Shown: piece after piece, positions 34,350 to 39,017 of the stretch | Layout of the letters: each line of letters opens with the position of its first letter | Position numbering within the stretch: position 1 is the first letter of the stretch | IMG/VR virus record: IMGVR_UViG_3300044259_000046 | Location: 1-39,017 of that record | DNA length: 39,017 nucleotides | Direction: 5' to 3' (one strand) | Source of the DNA: a virus | Taxonomy: Duplodnaviria; Caudoviricetes | Program-made: the position numbers and the translations under genes | The notes under the pieces: generated by a model | The model's database searches: none | The model's input: only the letters and a program-made list of their open reading frames with translations | Told to the model about the DNA's origin: nothing

Positions 34350-34762
34350 TGCCAACCCTCCGGCGCACGAAACCGCACACCCTTTTCAGCCCCAAAGGCC
34401 TCCATCAGCTCTTGCAGCTCACACATCTCAGCCTTGGTCATCTTGGATGTGGACTGGCCGCAGACGACGAAACCGCCATCCAGGCCGGGCACGACCTTTG
34501 TGCGCTTGAGGGATGCGCTGAAGACGTCTTTCCACTCTTCTTGGGTCAGCTTCTGTCCGTACCAATCCACCTGGGCGGCTATGTCAGCCAACATGGCCCA
34601 CAGCCTGCGGTTCTGCGCATCACTGCGCTTCTCCGGGCGAATCTCCAACGTCAGCCGCTGGTCACCGGCCATCAGCCAGCCCTTGGCGTGGTGCCATGCA
34701 TTCATGATTGCCTTGTGGGCCTGCACAGGCTCCCACAGGCTCAGGGTGATGCGTTCAGCCAT
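34346..34762 (-). CDS. ninB: NinB/Orf recombination protein
   Basis: RSDAQNRRLWAML.DIA.QV.W.G....EEWK.....VPG.DG....G.STSKM signature. Confidence 0.9.
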   Translation of the reverse strand: MAERITLSLWEPVQAHKAIMNAWHHAKGWLMAGDQRLTLEIRPEKRSDAQNRRLWAMLADIAAQVDWYGQKLTQEEWKDVFSASLKRTKVVPGLDGGFVVCGQSTSKMTKAEMCELQELMEAFGAEKGVRFRAPEGWQ

Positions 34763-35291
34763 GCGATACCCCCAAACCCAAAAACTCCCCGCGCAGCGCC
34801 GAGGCTTTGGCTATGTAAGCCGCAAAAGCTTCTTCCGGCGTCACGAACCGTCCAACATAGAACTTGCGGCCATTCACCTCTATTTGAGCTCTCCACTTCT
34901 GATACTGCTGGTCCCATGTGACCCCACGATAACCAGATGCGGTGCACGTTTTTCGCGGCTTGTTCCATTCGTTTTCCGCCCTGCTCACTACGCGCAAGTT
35001 AGATATGCGGTTGTCGTCCTTTTTGCCATTGATGTGGTCAATCTCACTAGCGGGCCAAACGCCGTAAAACATGAGCCATGCAAGCCTATGGGCCATGTAT
35101 TGCTTCCCATCAACTCTTATCCGCCTGTAGCCGTCAGGGTTTATATGACCAGCATGGGAACCCTTCCGCGCAGTTCCGCCACGATTGGCGCGCTGAATTA
35201 ACGCGCCTGTTTCAGGCTGGTACTCAAACAGCGAATTGACCCGCTCAAATGAAGGTCCACACGCTTCTTTTTGAATAACGCTACTTTTCAT
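34755..35291 (-). CDS. HNH homing endonuclease with AP2 domain
   Basis: AHRLAW....G.WP..EIDHING.K.DNRI.NLR plus SGYRGV.W.....W.A.I...G AP2 domain. Confidence 0.9.
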   Translation of the reverse strand: MKSSVIQKEACGPSFERVNSLFEYQPETGALIQRANRGGTARKGSHAGHINPDGYRRIRVDGKQYMAHRLAWLMFYGVWPASEIDHINGKKDDNRISNLRVVSRAENEWNKPRKTCTASGYRGVTWDQQYQKWRAQIEVNGRKFYVGRFVTPEEAFAAYIAKASALRGEFLGLGVSHG

Positions 35292-35511
35292 GGCGTCTTG
35301 CCTCCTGCGCGTCAATTTCCTCGATTGCGCGCTGCAGGTATATGGCCTGGTCTAGGGCTTCCTGCTTTGCGTGGACAAGCCACTCCCGCAGGCTCAGCGG
35401 GTTCTCTGCAACGGTGGTGCCGTACTTGTTTATTCCCATTTGCTGGCGGGCTGCAATCTCGGTGCAGATGCGGGCTTCTGTGCCGTCAGGGAGAAATACT
35501 CCTACCGTCAT
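35281..35511 (-). CDS. Small phage protein, possibly MazG-like NTP pyrophosphatase fold
   Basis: R...G..KYG...W..H...E.LD...Y motif. Confidence 0.55.
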   Translation of the reverse strand: MTVGVFLPDGTEARICTEIAARQQMGINKYGTTVAENPLSLREWLVHAKQEALDQAIYLQRAIEEIDAQEARRHEK

Positions 35512-35825
35512 ACGCCCTCCTTTTGGCCTCGGGCGCGGATTGCTTCAACGCAATCGTCTGCGCCCATCTCAGCGGGCACCATGCCATCAGGAAAGCAGCC
35601 GCGATGCTGCTCTTCGTACCTGCGCGCCACTTCTGCGCAGGCCTTCTCGCACGCCTCACGCTCCTTGGCTGCTGCCTTTTCGGTTACCAGATCGGCGAAT
35701 CTGGCAAGCTCGTCAACACTCAAAGGCGATGCAGTGACTTGCATCTCCACCCCACACAACAGCACCATGGTCTCTAAAGAGATTTCAGCCTCCCGCGCCA
35801 TTGCAATGATTTCTTCGTGTGTCAT
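35508..35825 (-). CDS. Hypothetical nin-region protein
   Basis: MT.EEII.MAREA...RFA.LV....EREAC...AIRAR pattern. Confidence 0.7.
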   Translation of the reverse strand: MTHEEIIAMAREAEISLETMVLLCGVEMQVTASPLSVDELARFADLVTEKAAAKEREACEKACAEVARRYEEQHRGCFPDGMVPAEMGADDCVEAIRARGQKEGV

Positions 35826-36463
35826 GCTGCAAGTCCTTCCCCAAAAAGCAAAGCATCCAGTTGCTCGCGCTTTTGCTCGCGCGGAATATCTGCGCGGATA
35901 ACGGTGTTGAGCTTGTTCGTCAGCTTGCGCTCCGCACACGCAAAGATGACTTCAGCAAGGCGATGACTGGTGCCGAATGCACAAACGTTTTTGCACAGCG
36001 GCAGCACGTTCAATCCAAGATTTGCCGACAGCAGTGCGTCAATTCCGTAGTTGCCAATCAACCCGTGCAACTCGGCATACATCGCAGCTTCTTTTTTGGG
36101 GAGCGCGCCGCCGGTTCTCCCGATGTAAAGCCAACCCTTGCCACGGATTGGCACGGCGCTGGTGTTCATGTCGCGGAACAGTTGATCGGCTTGCCGGGTG
36201 GCAACGATGCATTCCACAGTCTTCCAGCCCAGTTGCTTTACGGCGGTCAGCCTACGGTTTCCATCCACTAAATCGCGCTCTGCGGTAATCAACAATGGAT
36301 ACTGCAATCCATGGTCTTTTATCGTGTCCACCAGCTTCGTGAGAGCGGCACCTTCTGCCGTGCGCCCCGGCGGGTTGTACGGGGTGTGACGAATGGTGTG
36401 AACCGGCACAAGAACAATCTTGCGGTCTGATACCTCTGCGTCAAAGATCACTCGGTCTTTCAT
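35822..36463 (-). CDS. ParB/sulfiredoxin-like N-terminal domain protein
   Basis: PYNP...L..TI..HGL..PL.I.....LVDGNRRL.A...LG. Confidence 0.8.
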   Translation of the reverse strand: MKDRVIFDAEVSDRKIVLVPVHTIRHTPYNPPGRTAEGAALTKLVDTIKDHGLQYPLLITAERDLVDGNRRLTAVKQLGWKTVECIVATRQADQLFRDMNTSAVPIRGKGWLYIGRTGGALPKKEAAMYAELHGLIGNYGIDALLSANLGLNVLPLCKNVCAFGTSHRLAEVIFACAERKLTNKLNTVIRADIPREQKREQLDALLFGEGLAA

Positions 36464-36467
36464 CACA

Positions 36468-36653
36468 TCACTCCCAATGCTTGCCTTGTTGCTTCGATGA
36501 CTCGATGCGCCGTAGCACATCTGCTTTGATTCCGCTGAACAGCGGGACTTGATCCAGCTCGTTGAGCCTGTGCCACACGTATTGCTTCCATCCCTGTTGC
36601 AGGGCTAGGCTTGTGAGGTGCTGGGCTTGCTTTTCGTACTCTGCGCATGTCAA
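36468..36653 (-). CDS. Hypothetical protein
   Basis: 61 aa, ATGA-coupled to dnaB. Confidence 0.6.
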   Translation of the reverse strand: MTCAEYEKQAQHLTSLALQQGWKQYVWHRLNELDQVPLFSGIKADVLRRIESSKQQGKHWE

Positions 36654-37999
36654 AGCTCCTCCCCGTACTTGCTGGCAGGCTTCTTCGCAGCCAAGCTCTC
36701 GGTCGATTCGTTCCAGCGCTGGTACTGGCCTTCAAAGTGCAGAGCCACCTGTCCGGTGCGCCCGCCGCGCACCTTGGCCATGTCCAGCCCGTTGAGCTGG
36801 TAGCCCTCCTTCTTCTCCTGGCACCACATCAGCATCACTACATCGGCGTCTTCCTCAATAGCGCCGGACTCCTTCAAGTCAGATAGTTGAGGGCGGCCTG
36901 ATGTGCGCTTCTCCACTTCGCGGTTCAACTGCGACAGCGTGAGGATGGCAATGTCCAACTGCTTTGCCAGGGCCTTCAGGCCGCGCGAGATTTCTTCCAA
37001 CTGGTGGTGACGCGACAGCTTGGGGTTTGTGGTGCCGCACAGCTGGATGTAGTCCAACACCAGCAGCTTGATGTCGTTCTTGCGCTTGAGCATCCGGGCC
37101 TTGGCAGCGATCTCCGGCAGCGTCATGGCGGGCTGCTCGTCAAAGTACAGCGGCAGGTCACGCATTTGCTCTATGGCGTCGGTGAGGCGCGTCCACTCTT
37201 CGTCCTGCAGCTTGCCCAAGCTGTAGCGCTCCATGTCGATCCGGCCAACACAACAGATGGCGCGGTCGGTCATTTCCTGACAACTCATCTCCATGGAGAA
37301 CATGGCGGCGGCGTGCCCGTCAAGTGCCAAGTTCACGCAAATTTGCTCTGCCAGTGAAGATTTACCAACGCTTGGACGCGCTGCCAGAATCATCTGCTTT
37401 CCGCCTTTCAGCCCTCCGCCTAAGCGGCGGTCAATGCTCGGAATCCGGGTCGGGATTCCCGGATCAACAGTCCCATCAGCAAAGGATTGAATGCGGTCAA
37501 TCGCGCCAGTGATGAACTCTTGAATGGCCTGTGGCCTGCCCTTTGCGGCCTTCTCCTGCAGCTGCTCAAGCATCGCTTGGGCTTGGCCGATACGGTCCTG
37601 CACGGGCTGTGCAAAGTCGAATGCCACCGTCTTCACATCGTCCGCGGCGGTCAGCAGGCGGCGCGACAGGTGCTTTTCAGCCACGATCTGTGCATAGTGG
37701 CGGGCATGGCGCGCACTGGACGCCGCTTGCGAAAAGTTGTTCAGGTCAATCAGCGACACGCCACGTGCAGCCACCAATTCGTGCACCGTCAGCACATCTG
37801 CAGGCTTGCCAGACATCACCAATGAGGCGATTGCATCAAAGGTGATGCCTGCGCGCTCGTCGTGAAAAGAGTCGGCGGTCAACAGGTCCGCAACGTTGTC
37901 GAATGCGTTGTTGTCCAGCAGGATGGCACTCAACACGCCCGCTTCCGCATCCGGAGCCCATGGCAGGTTGAATTCTTCGGGTAGGTCGTTCAAGTTCAT
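36650..37999 (-). CDS. dnaB: Replicative DNA helicase, DnaB family
   Basis: AARPSVGKS, FSMEM, DYIQL, LSQLNR and DLKESGAIEEDAD motifs. Confidence 0.97.
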   Translation of the reverse strand: MNLNDLPEEFNLPWAPDAEAGVLSAILLDNNAFDNVADLLTADSFHDERAGITFDAIASLVMSGKPADVLTVHELVAARGVSLIDLNNFSQAASSARHARHYAQIVAEKHLSRRLLTAADDVKTVAFDFAQPVQDRIGQAQAMLEQLQEKAAKGRPQAIQEFITGAIDRIQSFADGTVDPGIPTRIPSIDRRLGGGLKGGKQMILAARPSVGKSSLAEQICVNLALDGHAAAMFSMEMSCQEMTDRAICCVGRIDMERYSLGKLQDEEWTRLTDAIEQMRDLPLYFDEQPAMTLPEIAAKARMLKRKNDIKLLVLDYIQLCGTTNPKLSRHHQLEEISRGLKALAKQLDIAILTLSQLNREVEKRTSGRPQLSDLKESGAIEEDADVVMLMWCQEKKEGYQLNGLDMAKVRGGRTGQVALHFEGQYQRWNESTESLAAKKPASKYGEEL

Positions 38000-38781
38000 G
38001 TTTGCACCTGTGTTTTTTCGAGTACGTGTTTCTTGCCCTTCTCGGACAGCAGAAAATCAAAGTCGCACTGCCATCCCTCGTGGCCAGGGGCTTTGCTGCC
38101 ACGACCCATCAAAAAATCGTTGTGTCTGGCACGGTCGAAGTACCCGCCAATCCAGAGCAGCGCCTGCTCTGCGGTCTCTGCGCGCTTGGTGCCGTCAGAC
38201 TTTTTGCTCGTCAGGACGAACTTCCAAAAGCTGCGCACGGCCTTCTGGCGGGCATCGTTCATCACCCGAACGGCTGGCAGTTCTGGCAAGACCTCGTGGT
38301 ACAGGTTGACCACGGATTGGGTGTCGCAGCGTGGCAGTGCGTCGGCCTTGCCGACAGAACCGTTAGGTTCTTCTTTTCTGTTCTGTTCTGTATCTGTATC
38401 TGTATCTAGGCCGTTAGCTTGCTGTTTCTGTAACGTTACATCGTCGTTACCAACCTGCATTTGCTTCTCTTTTTGTAGCGCACGATGCTTTGCCACTCTC
38501 TCTCTGCTGGAGTCCGATGCAAATTGCCGCTTCTCCCAGTTGAGAAGATTCCAAGCGGAATCAATGAACCCCTTCTTGACGAAAAGAGCCTTGGTTTCCG
38601 CCAGCTCCTCGTTACTGATTCGGAGTTGAAACGCGATCTCTTCGTCCTGTAACGTTACAAGGGTGTTACTGCAACGCAGGCACATCAACATGAGGTAACG
38701 GCGCTGCATTACTTCGCTCATCATTTGCACCTTGGCATCTGTAGCGAACTCGGAATACATGCGGAACCATTGATTTGCCAT
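37996..38781 (-). CDS. Phage replication initiator (O-like)
   Basis: WFRMY.EF..D.KV N-terminus, NW.KRQF.SD.S.ERV.KHR, DTDTDTE linker, W.CDFDFL C-terminus; upstream of dnaB. Confidence 0.85.
   Translation of the reverse strand: MANQWFRMYSEFATDAKVQMMSEVMQRRYLMLMCLRCSNTLVTLQDEEIAFQLRISNEELAETKALFVKKGFIDSAWNLLNWEKRQFASDSSRERVAKHRALQKEKQMQVGNDDVTLQKQQANGLDTDTDTEQNRKEEPNGSVGKADALPRCDTQSVVNLYHEVLPELPAVRVMNDARQKAVRSFWKFVLTSKKSDGTKRAETAEQALLWIGGYFDRARHNDFLMGRGSKAPGHEGWQCDFDFLLSEKGKKHVLEKTQVQT
38429..38659. repeat. Candidate origin iterons inside the initiator gene
   Basis: Perfect palindrome TGTAACGTTACA at 38429-38440 and 38648-38659, plus nearby GTTAC half-sites. Confidence 0.6.
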
Positions 38782-38975
38782 CAGTGCACCTTGCTCACGC
38801 ACACAGCCTCACGCGCAGCAATGCGGGCCTGTGTGAGTGCGTTCATTTCTCTCATCTGGCGGCGGGCTTCGTCCCGGTCCCCCAGGGCCAATGCCAGCTC
38901 CATGCGCTTTCCTGCGGCCTGAGCGTCCAGGTCGCGGATGCTGTCGATCAGTTGGGCGATGTGCTGGTCTTGCAT
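38781..38975 (-). CDS. Hypothetical protein (MQDQHIAQ..., 64 aa)
   Basis: AAGGAG RBS; TGATG overlap with the initiator; its 5' part is repeated at 1-85. Confidence 0.7.
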   Translation of the reverse strand: MQDQHIAQLIDSIRDLDAQAAGKRMELALALGDRDEARRQMREMNALTQARIAAREAVCVSKVH

Positions 38976-39017
38976 CGGATTACTCCTTGACCACAGCCCG
39001 CATACCAACGCGAGAGG
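38891..39017. repeat. 127-bp terminal direct repeat, right copy
   Basis: Identical to 1-127. Confidence 0.95.

Larger units (their letters stand above)
1..39017. mobile_element. Complete temperate phage genome in circular/excised form (podovirus-type virion genes, lambdoid regulation)
   Basis: Repressor/cro switch, integrase with intact attP, replication, packaging, capsid, tail and lysis modules are all present; the ends overlap by 127 bp; no host housekeeping genes seen. Confidence 0.95.

Noticed and set aside
17248-38629. Numerous long + strand ORFs in the late and replication regions (e.g. 17248-18084, 22406-23203, 27533-28513, 34296-35201)
   Set aside because: They lie antisense to well-supported genes and show no recognisable motifs; typical shadows in GC-rich coding DNA.

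Overview
The window is a complete, circularly assembled temperate phage genome of about 38,890 bp. Bases 1-127 are repeated exactly at 38891-39017. It has a lambdoid control plan and podovirus-type morphogenesis genes, and the host is probably a Betaproteobacterium (inferred, not proven). Layout: (1) a cro/cI switch with six related 14-bp operators; (2) a cI-cotranscribed accessory operon (membrane protein, lipoprotein, signal-peptide-bearing HNH nuclease, unknown protein); (3) a long + strand early operon of small genes, an SSB-like protein, dUTPase, methyltransferase, xis and int, ending at an intact attP made of the 3' half of tRNA-Leu(CAA); (4) a - strand run of initiator, DnaB, ParB-like protein, HNH-AP2, NinB, NinG, Q-like protein, terminases, portal, scaffold, N4-gp56-type capsid, tail and ejection proteins, GH108 endolysin and 3TM holin. 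The most unusual signals are a 540-nt ORF-poor cluster of structured, partly tRNA-shaped RNA elements at 5020-5560, the envelope-targeted HNH module beside cI, accessory genes each bracketed by short direct repeats at gene junctions, and a 40-aa ORF resembling a ribonucleotide-reductase redox tail at the head of the late operon. All family assignments are from motif recognition by eye; no database searches were run.
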